Positions 38,907 through 48,740 are shown, numbered from the whole stretch's first letter. The stretch: DNA of 63,913 bases, filler included, from 6 parts of 6 records of this genome joined end to end with filler, not necessarily neighbours in it, one strand, 5' to 3'. Notes: generated by a model from the sequence alone, not told the origin. Program-made: numbers and translations.

Positions 38907-40192
38907 CCATTGCGGCAATTATTCTGCTGGTGGTGTTGGCGCTGATGGGCGCCCCCTTGTTTGCCATTATCCTCGGCGCGGCAGCTCTGGGTTTTTATAC
39001 CCTGGAAATTGAATTGGCAGTGCTGCATATCGACATCTATCAGCTCAGTAATTCCGTCGTGCTGATGGCGTTGCCGCTGTTTACCTTCGCCGGCTTTTTG
39101 CTCAGTGAATCGAAAACCGCGGACCGCATGCTGCGGCTCAGCCAGGCCGCATTCGGCTGGATGCCCGGTGGCATGGCTTTCGTCGCGCTCATCGCCTGTG
39201 CGTTTTTTACTGCCCTGACCGGCGGCTCCGGGGTCACCATTGTGGCTTTGGGAGCGTTGTTGTTACCGGCGTTGGTGAAAGGCAATTATCCGGAAAAATT
39301 CAGTCTCGGTCTGGTTACATCATCCGGGAGCCTTGGCTTGTTGCTGGTGCCTTCGGTGCCCTTGTTGATCTACGGCATTATTGCCCAGCAGATGTCCCAG
39401 CAACTGGACATGCCCACGGTGGAAATTGTCGATCTGTATCTGGCTGGCTTGCTACCCGCGCTGCTGATGATCGTGCTGCTTTACGGCTACTGTGTGTGGG
39501 CCACGCGGGGCACCGATGTGCCTCGGCAGGCGTTTGATTTTCGTGAATTAGTGGATGCGCTCTGGGAAGCGCGCTGGGAGCTGCCGCTGCCGCTGGTGGT
39601 GTTGGGCGGGATTTTCTCCGGCTTCCTGGTCATCAGTGAGGCTGCGGCGGTGACGGCGCTGTATGTGCTGGTGGCCGAGGTGTTCCTGTACCGGGAAATC
39701 TCGCTGCGCAAGCTGCCCGGGATCATGCGCGATTCCATGATCATGGTGGGCGGTATCCTGCTGATTCTGGCGGTGGCGCAGGCTTTCTCTGACTATCTGG
39801 TGTATGCCGGTGTGCCGGAGAAACTGTTCGCGCTTATCCAGACCCATGTGGAAAGCAAGATTACCTTCCTTATCTTGCTGAATATCCTGCTGCTGTTGTT
39901 GGGCGCACTGCTGGATATTTTTGCGGCACTGGTCATCATGGTGCCGCTGATTTTGCCGGTGGCGTTGCGCTACGGAATTGATCCGGTGCACTTGGGGATC
40001 ATCTTCGTGGCCAACATGCAGATCGGCTATATCACCCCGCCGGTGGGCATGAATCTGTTTATCGCCAGTTACCGGTTCAAGAAGAAAGTGACCGAACTGT
40101 TCGCGGCGACCATTCCTTTTATGCTGATATTGATCATCGCCTTGTTGATGATTACGTATATTCCGCAGTTGAGTTTGTGGTTGGTGCGGTAA
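38903..40192 (+). CDS. TRAP large permease (DctM)
   Basis: ALPLFTFAG, GIDPVHLG, ITPPVGMNLF. Confidence 0.92.
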   Translation: MTIAAIILLVVLALMGAPLFAIILGAAALGFYTLEIELAVLHIDIYQLSNSVVLMALPLFTFAGFLLSESKTADRMLRLSQAAFGWMPGGMAFVALIACAFFTALTGGSGVTIVALGALLLPALVKGNYPEKFSLGLVTSSGSLGLLLVPSVPLLIYGIIAQQMSQQLDMPTVEIVDLYLAGLLPALLMIVLLYGYCVWATRGTDVPRQAFDFRELVDALWEARWELPLPLVVLGGIFSGFLVISEAAAVTALYVLVAEVFLYREISLRKLPGIMRDSMIMVGGILLILAVAQAFSDYLVYAGVPEKLFALIQTHVESKITFLILLNILLLLLGALLDIFAALVIMVPLILPVALRYGIDPVHLGIIFVANMQIGYITPPVGMNLFIASYRFKKKVTELFAATIPFMLILIIALLMITYIPQLSLWLVR

Positions 40193-40246
40193 AAGGCAGT
40201 GAATAGTTAACAGTGAATAGTTGCGCGGTCAGGGGTTGTTGATTGC

Positions 40247-40297
40247 TGGAACCGAGGAGGCCGCGTCCATTATCTGGACGCGGCCTCTTACGTTTCA
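40247..40297. terminator. Hairpin between convergent genes (dispersed repeat copy 2)
   Basis: GAGGCCGCGTCCA-TTATC-TGGACGCGGCCTC; reverse complement aligns to 31674-31723. Confidence 0.78.
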
Positions 40298-40319
40298 GTT
40301 GGTTGGTGAAGGAAAAACG

Positions 40320-41075
40320 TTATTTTCGTAGGGTTTTTACTTGAATGCTTTTGCCTTGCCCTTTCTGGATCTGGAACCACTTGGGGTAGGCGCGGATCAT
40401 GTCACTGAGTTTTTTGTGCCCGAACAGGCGGGTATCAAAGTCGGGTTTGCGCTTACTTAGATGCTGGCCGAGAGTCCCGAGGTTGGCCCAGTCTTCTTCA
40501 TCGGAAATATCATCAATGACGTTGGCGATCAGCTGCAATGGCGGCGCCTCCTTGCTGACGGTGTCTTCGGAGGGTTTGGGTTTGTCGGGCTTGTCGGGGG
40601 TATGTTCTGGTGCATGGTCCGAGCGCAGTACTTCGGTGTAAATAAATTTGTCGCAGGCTGCCACAAAAGGTCCCGGGGTTTTGCGTTCTCCGAAGCCGTA
40701 AACGGTTAGGCCTTCCTCACGTAAGCGGGCGGCCAGTCGGGTGAAATCACTGTCACTGGATACGAGACAAAAGCCGGCAAGCTGCTTGGTGTAGAGCAGG
40801 TCCATGGCGTCGATGATCATGCTGCAGTCTGTGGCATTCTTGCCTTGGGTGTAGGCAAATTGCTGGATCGGTTGCACGGAGTGTTTCAGTAACACGCTTT
40901 TCCAGCCACCCAGGTTGGGTTTGGTCCAGTCGCCATAGATACGCTTGACGCTGGCGGTGCCAAACTTGGCTATTTCCTCAAACAGGCCATCGACAATTTT
41001 CGGAGGCGTATTGTCGGCGTCAATCAGTACCGCCAGTGAGGTGCTGTTAACGGGTGGGGAGCCATCGTCAGACAT
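40320..41075 (-). CDS. NYN (PIN-fold) domain protein with C-terminal OST-HTH/LOTUS domain
   Basis: LIDADN, KRIYGDW, GKNATD, SSDSDF, FVAACDKF; PDFDTRLFGHKKLSD. Confidence 0.9.
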   Translation of the reverse strand: MSDDGSPPVNSTSLAVLIDADNTPPKIVDGLFEEIAKFGTASVKRIYGDWTKPNLGGWKSVLLKHSVQPIQQFAYTQGKNATDCSMIIDAMDLLYTKQLAGFCLVSSDSDFTRLAARLREEGLTVYGFGERKTPGPFVAACDKFIYTEVLRSDHAPEHTPDKPDKPKPSEDTVSKEAPPLQLIANVIDDISDEEDWANLGTLGQHLSKRKPDFDTRLFGHKKLSDMIRAYPKWFQIQKGQGKSIQVKTLRK

Positions 41076-41170
41076 GGTGCATTCCTTTTGCCATACGTTA
41101 GCGTCAACATAACGGATTCGGCAGGGATGCGACATGGGGGGATGGGAAGGGCTTGGTGGTGTGCGGGGTG

Positions 41171-41214
41171 AAAAAAACACCACAGGAGTGTCGCCAGCGA
41201 CCCTCCTGTGGTGT
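41171..41214 (-). terminator. Intrinsic terminator of the SDR gene
   Basis: ACACCACAGGAG/CTCCTGTGGTGT stem followed on the minus strand by a T-run. Confidence 0.85.
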
Positions 41215-41220
41215 CGTCAA

Positions 41221-42027
41221 TCAGCTTTTCATTTCTTTCACGGATTTCTTGTACACAAAGCTGGCCATGGCGCGCAGGGGCATCATTCGGATCCAGATGC
41301 TTTGCAGGGTCACGGACAGGCCGGGCAGGGCGTAGCGCTTGCCTTGATTGAGGGCCTTGTAACCGGCCTTGGCCACGTCTTCGGGGGTGGCGATCTGTGC
41401 GGAGACGAACTCTCTGATGCCACCGGAGGATTTGTGTTTGCTCTCTGCGGTATCCAGAAAAGCGGTTTTGGTGGTGCTGGGACAGAAGCAGGTTACCTGC
41501 ACACCGTATGGCTTCAGTTCTTCCTGTAGTGATGCACTCAGGTTGATCACAAAGGCCTTGCTGGCGCTGTAGGCAGCAAAGAAGGGCATGGGACAGAACC
41601 CGGCCAGGGAGCCAATGTTCATGATTTTGCCTGCGCCGCGGGCCTTCATTTTTGCACCCACCAGCATGCATAGTTTGCTGAGCAGGATGTTGTTCAGGGT
41701 AAGCATGCGCTCCAGTTTCTGGCTGTCTTGTTCAACGTGCTCGCCCATCATGCCGAAGCCCACGTTGTTCAACAGTACATCCAGCTCGATGTCTTCGCGA
41801 TCGAGCCACTGAATAACTTCTTCAGCGGCACCGGGTTGTGACAGATCCATCTGTACCGGGCGGTAATCCACATCAGCCCGTTGCTGTTTCAGCTGTTGCC
41901 CCAATGCATCCAGTTCCTCCTGAAGCAGACTGAATACTACGATGCGGTAACCGTCCGCATTGAACAGTTTGCAGAATTCCCGACCAATGCCGCCGGCGCC
42001 GCCGGTGATGAGTACGGTTTTTGTCAT
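41221..42027 (-). CDS. Short-chain dehydrogenase/reductase
   Basis: TGGAGGIG, NNVG, YSASK. Confidence 0.92.
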   Translation of the reverse strand: MTKTVLITGGAGGIGREFCKLFNADGYRIVVFSLLQEELDALGQQLKQQRADVDYRPVQMDLSQPGAAEEVIQWLDREDIELDVLLNNVGFGMMGEHVEQDSQKLERMLTLNNILLSKLCMLVGAKMKARGAGKIMNIGSLAGFCPMPFFAAYSASKAFVINLSASLQEELKPYGVQVTCFCPSTTKTAFLDTAESKHKSSGGIREFVSAQIATPEDVAKAGYKALNQGKRYALPGLSVTLQSIWIRMMPLRAMASFVYKKSVKEMKS

Positions 42028-42040
42028 TGCTGTTCTCCTG

Positions 42041-42251
42041 TCAGGCGTTGCCGGGTGGATTGTCTGGACCTAGCTGGAAAGGTCGAATGATCATGCTGCC
42101 GGAGTGTTCGCGGTGGTATTGCTCGCGGGCTTTCCACACCTTGCCGTAGCGATAAAAGGGCACGGTGGGGTAGAGGTGATGCACCAGATGATAGTTCTGG
42201 TACATCAAAATAGGCGTCAGCAACCATTCCTTGCCCATGCGCATCAGCGCG
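42041..42251 (-). CDS. Fatty acid desaturase-family protein, C-terminal fragment
   Basis: QNYHLVHHLYPTVPFY third His box. Confidence 0.75.
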
Positions 42252-42351
42252 NNNNNNNNNNNNNNNNNNNNNNNNNNNNNNNNNNNNNNNNNNNNTTAAT
42301 TAATTAANNNNNNNNNNNNNNNNNNNNNNNNNNNNNNNNNNNNNNNNNNNN
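42252..42351. other. Artificial contig linker
   Basis: N44-TTAATTAATTAA-N44. Confidence 0.99.
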
Positions 42352-42857
42352 GGCTAGAGAGCCGTGCCGGCGACGGGCCGCGCGTGCGGCTGCTTGGCTC
42401 TGGCACCATCTTGCGTGAGGTGATCGCGGCTGCCGAAATCTTGGAGGGGTATGGCATTGCCGCTGACATCTTTTCCGTGACGTCGTTCAGCGAGCTAGCC
42501 CGCGACGCGGCGGAGGCTGATCGGAATACGCGGCTTGGCACGCCCATGACATCTCACCTAGAGACCTTGTTGCCCGGACGAGCGCCCGTGGTTGCGGCCA
42601 GCGACTATGTGCGCGCCGTGCCAGGGCAGATCGCGCCCTATCTAGATATGCGAATGACGATCCTTGGCACAGATGGGTTCGGTCGCTCTGCCAGTCGTGC
42701 AGCGCTGCGCCGGTTCTTTGAGGTCGACCGACAGCATGTGGCGCTGGCTGCCATCGACGCGTTGGTCCGAACCGGAGAGGTCGAGGCCGCGTTGCTTCAG
42801 AAAGCATCTGCCGACCTGGAGATTGATATGTCGGCCTCCGCCCCCTGGCAGTTGTGA
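42352..42857 (+). CDS. AceE/MdeB-type 2-oxoacid dehydrogenase E1, C-terminal fragment
   Basis: LLGSGTILREV, SVTSFSELAR, LGTDGFGRS, LRRFFEVD. Confidence 0.88.
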
Positions 42858-42877
42858 GGGAGGCAAAGGTGACCCGT

Positions 42878-44167
42878 ATGATAGACATTCAAGTACCCGA
42901 TATCGGCGATGTTTCCGATGTTCCCGTAGTTGAGATCGCGGTGTCCGTCGGCGATGAAGTCGCGGCCGATGACACGCTGCTGGTGGTGGAAACCGACAAG
43001 GCGACGCTTGATATTCCCAGCCCGGAGGGAGGGCGGATCGCCGCGCTGAAGGTTGTACCGGGGGATCGCGTCAGTCGAGGAACATTGATCGCGGTAATGG
43101 AAGCCAGTGGCGCCGCCGCTGAAGCGTTTCCCGAACCGCCCGAGGCGGAAGCAACGCCTGAGACGCCAAAACCGATTTCGACACAACCGGAAGGGTCGCC
43201 CCCTGTCGTTCCATCGTTGCAGACCGAAGCAACTGCTATGTCAACCGGTCTGGGTAAGCAGTCCCATGCGACGCCGTCGACTCGTAAATTTGCACGCACT
43301 CTGGGGGTGGACGTCGCCTCGGTGGCCGGCACCGGCCCAAAGGGGCGGATCCTGCGCGAGGACGTGGAACGCTATGTAAAGATGCGCATGTCGGACGTCG
43401 CCACCGGTCAGACCGGCGCAGGAAATCTGCCGCTGTCCGAGCTTCCAGAGTGGCCCCGGGTCGACTTTGCCCGGTTCGGACCGGTGGAACGCCAACCGCT
43501 CTCACGCATTGCCCGGATCTCTGGTCCAGCGCTTGCGCGGAATTCGCTGGTAATTCCGCATGTCTGCAACTTCGACAAGGCCGATGTCACCGAGCTGGAG
43601 CAGTTCCGCAAGGAGTTGAACGCCGAGGCGGGATCGACTGATGCGAAGATTACTATGCTGGCTTTCACGGTGAAGGCGGTGGTCGCCGCGCTGAAAGCAT
43701 TTCCGCGTTTCAACGCTTCGCTGGATGGCGATGAGTTGGTGGTCAAATCTTACTGGAATATCGGGGTCGCCGCCGACACACCTGACGGCCTTGTCGTGCC
43801 GGTCGTCAAAGAGGCCGATCAAAAGGGGCTGCGCGACGTCGCCGCAGAAATGTCGGAACTGGCAGGCGCGGCCCGCGTCGGAAAACTGAAACCCGCCGAC
43901 ATGCAGGGGGCCACCTTCACCATCTCGTCACTGGGTGGGGTCGGCGGCACCGGGTTCACGCCGATTATCAACGCCCCGGAGGTCGCCATCCTCGGTATGA
44001 CTCGTGCCGAGATCCAGCCGGTCTGGGATGGCGAGTCATTCCGGCCGCGTCTTGTCCAGCCGCTGAGCCTGAGTTGGGATCACCGCGTCGTCGATGGTGT
44101 TCTCGCCGCGCGTTTCCTGGCACATATCTCGCGCGTGCTGGGTGACTTTCGACGCCTCTCGGTCTGA
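42878..44167 (+). CDS. Dihydrolipoamide acyltransferase E2 (AceF-like, one lipoyl domain)
   Basis: VPDIG, ETDKA lipoyl lysine, GTGPKGRI, TPIINAPE, DHRVVDG. Confidence 0.93.
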   Translation: MIDIQVPDIGDVSDVPVVEIAVSVGDEVAADDTLLVVETDKATLDIPSPEGGRIAALKVVPGDRVSRGTLIAVMEASGAAAEAFPEPPEAEATPETPKPISTQPEGSPPVVPSLQTEATAMSTGLGKQSHATPSTRKFARTLGVDVASVAGTGPKGRILREDVERYVKMRMSDVATGQTGAGNLPLSELPEWPRVDFARFGPVERQPLSRIARISGPALARNSLVIPHVCNFDKADVTELEQFRKELNAEAGSTDAKITMLAFTVKAVVAALKAFPRFNASLDGDELVVKSYWNIGVAADTPDGLVVPVVKEADQKGLRDVAAEMSELAGAARVGKLKPADMQGATFTISSLGGVGGTGFTPIINAPEVAILGMTRAEIQPVWDGESFRPRLVQPLSLSWDHRVVDGVLAARFLAHISRVLGDFRRLSV

Positions 44168-44255
44168 GCGGTCGCCCGAGCCCGATTACCGTCACAGTCT
44201 CACGATCAGCGGAAAGATATCCCCCTTTGCGTCGGCGAAACGGGCCGCGCCGGGG

Positions 44256-45038
44256 TCACGTCGCCGGACTGCGGTAGCTTTCGAAGTTGCCGCACACGCC
44301 GATCGACTGCCCAGAGACATGCGGGGCGCGATCAGAAGCAAGAAACGCCGCCATATCGGCGATCTCTTCCATTTCGACCATGCTATGCATCGAGATGTTG
44401 TGTAGGAACTTCTGCATATAGGCTTCCGGCTCCATACCTTTGGCAAGAGCCTGTTCGGAAATCACGCGCAGCCCGCGCGGGCCGTTGACGAAACCGGGAA
44501 GGATGGAATTCACCCGCACGCCGACCTCGCCCAGTTCCATCGCCAGGGTTTCGGTCAGGCCGCGCACGGCATGTTTTGTGACCGAGTATGGCAGGCGCAG
44601 GGGCATCCCCATCCGTCCGGCAGTCGATGACATGTTGATGACGGCGCCGCTGTTCTGCTTTCTGAAATAGGGGGCGGCGGCGCGCGCCATGTGGAACATA
44701 CCACTGATGTTGACCCCCATCACGTCCGCCCATTCGCTATCTGTGATCTCGTCAAAGGCTTTCGTGGGCCCCGAGACGCCGGCATTGTTCACGAGAACAT
44801 CCAGACGGTCGAAAGCCGTGCCAAAATCCTCAAATACCTGGGCCACGTCGTCCGGCCGGGACACGTCGGCACGGACGAGGATCGCGCCAGGCAGCAGATT
44901 GTGCACGTCATCCAGTGCCGCCTGCGATACATCGCAGAGGCACAGATCGGCACCGAGTTCCGAAAAACGCTTTGCAATGGCCAGTCCGATGCCGGAGGCA
45001 CCACCGGTGATAATCGCCGTCTTGCCGGTCAGATTCAT
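44256..45038 (-). CDS. Short-chain dehydrogenase/reductase
   Basis: TGGASGIG, NNAG, YSVTK; start ATG 45038. Confidence 0.92.
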   Translation of the reverse strand: MNLTGKTAIITGGASGIGLAIAKRFSELGADLCLCDVSQAALDDVHNLLPGAILVRADVSRPDDVAQVFEDFGTAFDRLDVLVNNAGVSGPTKAFDEITDSEWADVMGVNISGMFHMARAAAPYFRKQNSGAVINMSSTAGRMGMPLRLPYSVTKHAVRGLTETLAMELGEVGVRVNSILPGFVNGPRGLRVISEQALAKGMEPEAYMQKFLHNISMHSMVEMEEIADMAAFLASDRAPHVSGQSIGVCGNFESYRSPAT

Positions 45039-45040
45039 TT

Positions 45041-45772
45041 TCAGTCTTTCCGTGATTTGCTTTGTTTTGGCGTCTTCGTTTTCTTGGCTGTGCCCGTGTT
45101 CACCAGTTCCATGTTCCGGCGGAAGTAGCGGGCGGAATACCAAATATCCCCGGCCATGGCGCGTGCAGCGATTCGGTGGTCATTGGCGATACAGGCCTCA
45201 ATCAGCCTGTCGTGGAACAAGGTGCCTGCCCGAAAGAAGGGCTGGGGGTCTTCCAGATTCCGATGCGCGTTCATCAGGTAGGGGCTAGCGCGCAACCATA
45301 AACCGTTGATTATATCCATAAGCTGGGGCATCTGGGCCAGTTCGTAGAGTGCGAAATGGAACCTGAAGTTCGATTTCATGATCGCGTCCGAATCGTTTTT
45401 CTCAATTCCCCGAATCATCGTCTTGTTCAGTTTCTGCAGCATCCGGACATCTTCAGCCCGCGTCCGGCGGGCGGCTTCGCCGGCGGCTAATCCCTCTACC
45501 GACATGCGGACGCGGGTCAGTTCCCGGAACATCTCGGTGGTGAAGGGTGTGACCTGAAATGTCCGGTTGGGAAGCTGCACTAGGGCACGCTCTGCGACCA
45601 GTCTTTGCAGGGCTTCCCGCACCGGCATCGGGCTGGTGCCGAGGCCTGCGGCAAGGTTGCGAATGGTCAGGCTTTGCCCCGGCGAAAAGGCGCCATCGAA
45701 CAGCCCCTCGCGCAGTCGCTGATAAACCTGCGTCTGGATAGTCGCAGACTCAATCTGTCCCAGATCAGCCAT
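45041..45772 (-). CDS. GntR/FCD-family transcriptional regulator
   Basis: LGTSPMPVREALQRL helix-turn-helix, NFRFH FCD domain. Confidence 0.92.
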   Translation of the reverse strand: MADLGQIESATIQTQVYQRLREGLFDGAFSPGQSLTIRNLAAGLGTSPMPVREALQRLVAERALVQLPNRTFQVTPFTTEMFRELTRVRMSVEGLAAGEAARRTRAEDVRMLQKLNKTMIRGIEKNDSDAIMKSNFRFHFALYELAQMPQLMDIINGLWLRASPYLMNAHRNLEDPQPFFRAGTLFHDRLIEACIANDHRIAARAMAGDIWYSARYFRRNMELVNTGTAKKTKTPKQSKSRKD

Positions 45773-45844
45773 CGGTCAAAACTCCTTGCGCAACAGTGTG
45801 CACCACCAACTCGCGAAATCACTAGCACGATTTTTAGCGCTGTG

Positions 45845-45870
45845 AAATCGTGATCACGGATCACAATTTT
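45845..45870. promoter_or_regulatory. Candidate GntR operator in the divergent promoter
   Basis: Palindrome CGTGATCACG (45849-45858) plus a tandem GATCAC, next to a TTGACT -35-like hexamer. Confidence 0.5.
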
Positions 45871-45938
45871 CTTGACTGCATTTGTGCGCCACGGCTAGTC
45901 ATGAAGCAATTCGAGGCACCACGTTCGGGAGGAGAATC

Positions 45939-46904
45939 ATGGAGCCGCTTGCCATAATCGGCTGTGGATTGATCGGTCGGGGTTGGGCTGTCTGCTTTGC
46001 TCGCGCTGGGGTTTCAGTGCGTCTTTGGGACCCTACGCCGGGCGTGGCCAACGCGGCCATCGACTGGATATCCACAACTTTGGTGAACATGGCTGATGCG
46101 GGTTTGACCGACGGCGAGGATGTCGCCGCGATCGTCAAGAGAGTCACCGTTTGCCAAACAATGACAGAGGCTGTGGATGGCGTGCGCCACGTTCAGGAAT
46201 GTGCGCCGGAAAAGATTGAGATGAAGCGGTCGCTTTTCGCCGAACTCGATCGGCTGACGCCCCGGGGCGCGGTGATCGCAAGCTCTGCCTCTGCGCTCAT
46301 GGCGTCTTCTTTCACTGAGGAATTGCCGGGCCGCGGACGGTGTCTGGTGGCACATCCGGTCAATCCGCCACATCTGGTTCCGTTGGTCGAGGTCGTTCCG
46401 GCCCCTTGGACAGAGCCGGAGGTGGTTGAACGCACAGTCGCACTGATGGCGGACATCGGACAAAAGCCGATCCGGCTGGACCGGGAGATCGACGGCTTTG
46501 TCCTGAACCGACTTCAGGCCGCAATCTTGGACGAGGCATTCCGCCTCGTCGATGATGGGTACGCCGATGCCGAAGGTGTGGATGCCTGCATTCGTGACGG
46601 GCTGGCGATGCGGTGGGTCTTTATGGGACCGTTCGAGACCATCGACCTGAACTCTCCCAAGGGGGTGCGGGAATATGTCGAGCGCTATCAGCCCATGTTT
46701 CGCGGCCTGACCAGCACCATGGGCACCAGCGCCGACTGGTCCGGTCCGGTTCTGAACCGGATCGAAGCTCAGCGACGAGAGAGACTAGAAGAATCCGAGC
46801 TGCCGGAACGGCAGGCGTGGCGTGACAGGCAGCTTATGGCGCTGGCCACGTTCCGACGCCAGCAGGCCGACGCCGGGAAACCCAAAGTCAGGACAGAGCT
46901 ATGA
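45939..46904 (+). CDS. 3-hydroxyacyl-CoA dehydrogenase-family protein (lambda-crystallin / carnitine dehydrogenase-like)
   Basis: IIGCGLIGRGW, QECAPE, AHPVNPPHLVPLVE, GFVLNRLQ, MGPFETIDLN. Confidence 0.88.
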   Translation: MEPLAIIGCGLIGRGWAVCFARAGVSVRLWDPTPGVANAAIDWISTTLVNMADAGLTDGEDVAAIVKRVTVCQTMTEAVDGVRHVQECAPEKIEMKRSLFAELDRLTPRGAVIASSASALMASSFTEELPGRGRCLVAHPVNPPHLVPLVEVVPAPWTEPEVVERTVALMADIGQKPIRLDREIDGFVLNRLQAAILDEAFRLVDDGYADAEGVDACIRDGLAMRWVFMGPFETIDLNSPKGVREYVERYQPMFRGLTSTMGTSADWSGPVLNRIEAQRRERLEESELPERQAWRDRQLMALATFRRQQADAGKPKVRTEL

Positions 46905-47830
46905 GCCGCGACCCAGTTATCATCACCTGCGCCGTAACCGGTGGGATTCACACGCCGACGATGTCGCCACACCTGCCGGTAACACCGCAAGAGATTATCG
47001 ACGACGCCCTGGGTGCCGCAGAGGCCGGGGCATCGGTGCTGCACCTTCACGCCCGCGACCCCGAGAACGGTCGCCCGGATCAGAGCATCGAAGGCTTCAT
47101 GCGCTTTCTTCCGCAGCTCAAGCAGGCGACCGGGGCGGTCATCAATCTGACGTCGGGCGGCTCACCGCATATGTCTCTGGAAGAGCGCGTACAGCCTGCG
47201 AAGCAGCTCAAGCCGGAAGTGGCCTCGTTGAACATGGGGTCGATCAATTTCGGTCTGTTCCCGCTGGTCGACAAATATCCAGAGTTTAAACACGACTGGG
47301 AGCGGGAGCATCTGGAGGCCACCCGCGATGTCGTGTTCAAGAACACGTTCAAGGACATCGAATACATCCTGACGAGTTGCGGTGCCAACGGCACCCGGTT
47401 TGAGTTCGAGTGCTACGACATCTCGCACCTCTACAACCTCGCCCATTTTGTTGACCGGGGTCTCGTGAAGCCGCCTTTCTTCGTGCAGTCGGTGTTCGGG
47501 ATTCTCGGCGGTATCGGTGCGCATCCTGAGGATGTCTCGCATATGAAACGCACGGCGGATCGCCTGTTCGGTGACGATTACCGATGGTCGGTGCTGGGCG
47601 CGGGTGCAAGCCAACTGCGTGTCGTGGCCCAGGCCGCGGCCATGGGCGGCAATGTACGGGTGGGGCTTGAGGATTCGCTTTGGGCCGGTCCTGGCCGCAT
47701 GGCGACATCCAGCGCCGAACAAGTCCGGCTGGCCCGGCAGATCATCGAGGGTCTCGGGCTCACCATCGCAAGCCCGGACGAGGCGCGCGAACTTCTGGAC
47801 CTCAAGGGGGGCGCGGAAGTCGGTTTTTGA
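46901..47830 (+). CDS. Beta-keto acid cleavage enzyme (BKACE / Kce, DUF849)
   Basis: IITCAVTG, HLHARDP, ASLNMGS, EFECYD, VRVGLED. Confidence 0.92.
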   Translation: MSRDPVIITCAVTGGIHTPTMSPHLPVTPQEIIDDALGAAEAGASVLHLHARDPENGRPDQSIEGFMRFLPQLKQATGAVINLTSGGSPHMSLEERVQPAKQLKPEVASLNMGSINFGLFPLVDKYPEFKHDWEREHLEATRDVVFKNTFKDIEYILTSCGANGTRFEFECYDISHLYNLAHFVDRGLVKPPFFVQSVFGILGGIGAHPEDVSHMKRTADRLFGDDYRWSVLGAGASQLRVVAQAAAMGGNVRVGLEDSLWAGPGRMATSSAEQVRLARQIIEGLGLTIASPDEARELLDLKGGAEVGF

Positions 47831-47885
47831 AACCAACTACAACCCGGGTCGAATGATCGGCCCGTCATCTCGGGGAGGAGAAAAC

Positions 47886-48640
47886 ATGAAAAGAAGAACA
47901 GTGCTAAAAGGCATGGCCGCAAGCGCAGGTGCTGCGCTGGGTATGAATGCCACCTATTTGCGCGCGCAATCCGGACCGATCCGTGTTGGCGTGTCCTACG
48001 CCCTGACCGGCGTCGGTGCGCCCGTGGGCACGCAGTTCCTGCAAGGAACCGAAATCGCCGCCATGCAGGTCAACCGGGCTGGCGGCATCAACGGTCGCGA
48101 GATCGAACTGATTGTGCGCGATGACAAGTACAACAGCGCCGAATCCGTGGCCGTCACCCGCGAATTGGCTGGTGATGGGGTGAACCTGATCATCGGCGGC
48201 TCGCAGACCGTGACGGCACTTGGCATCGCGCCGCTGGCGCCGGAACTGGGTGCTCTGATCGTGATCGCGGGCGCCGCCGGGATGCCGGTGACGCACCAGT
48301 TGTTCAACAAGAACATCTTCCGCACCGTGTCTAATAACTACACCCAGTACGGTTCTTTCGGTCGGTCTCTGATCGAAAGCCATCCGGATGTGAAAACCTG
48401 GATTTCGATGGCGCCTGACGGCGACTTTGGCCGAGATTCCGCTTTGTTCTTCGGCAACGCTGTCAAGAAATACTCCGTCGCAGCCGCCGGAGAAGAGGCG
48501 ACCGTTCTCGATACGATCTACACGCAGGGGACGGCGACGGACTTCCGTACGCAGATCAACGCGCTGATGTCTTCGGACGCCGAGGGGCTGTATATCGGAG
48601 TCGCGGGCGCGGCGCAGATCAGCTTCTTCCAACAGGCGCG
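47886..48640 (+). CDS. Liv-type ABC substrate-binding protein with Tat signal, 3'-truncated
   Basis: MKRRTVLKG twin-Arg signal, NRAGGINGREIELIVRDD. Confidence 0.85.
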
Positions 48641-48740
48641 NNNNNNNNNNNNNNNNNNNNNNNNNNNNNNNNNNNNNNNNNNNNTTAATTAATTAANNNN
48701 NNNNNNNNNNNNNNNNNNNNNNNNNNNNNNNNNNNNNNNN
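48641..48740. other. Artificial contig linker
   Basis: N44-TTAATTAATTAA-N44. Confidence 0.99.

Noticed and set aside
40197..40222. CAGTGAATAGTT duplicated (heptamer-like tandem)
   Set aside because: Only two units, too short to assign a function
47886..48640. This Liv-type binding protein as the missing partner of the ectC-linked ABC operon
   Set aside because: It is on a different contig, with no evidence of the same genome or locus
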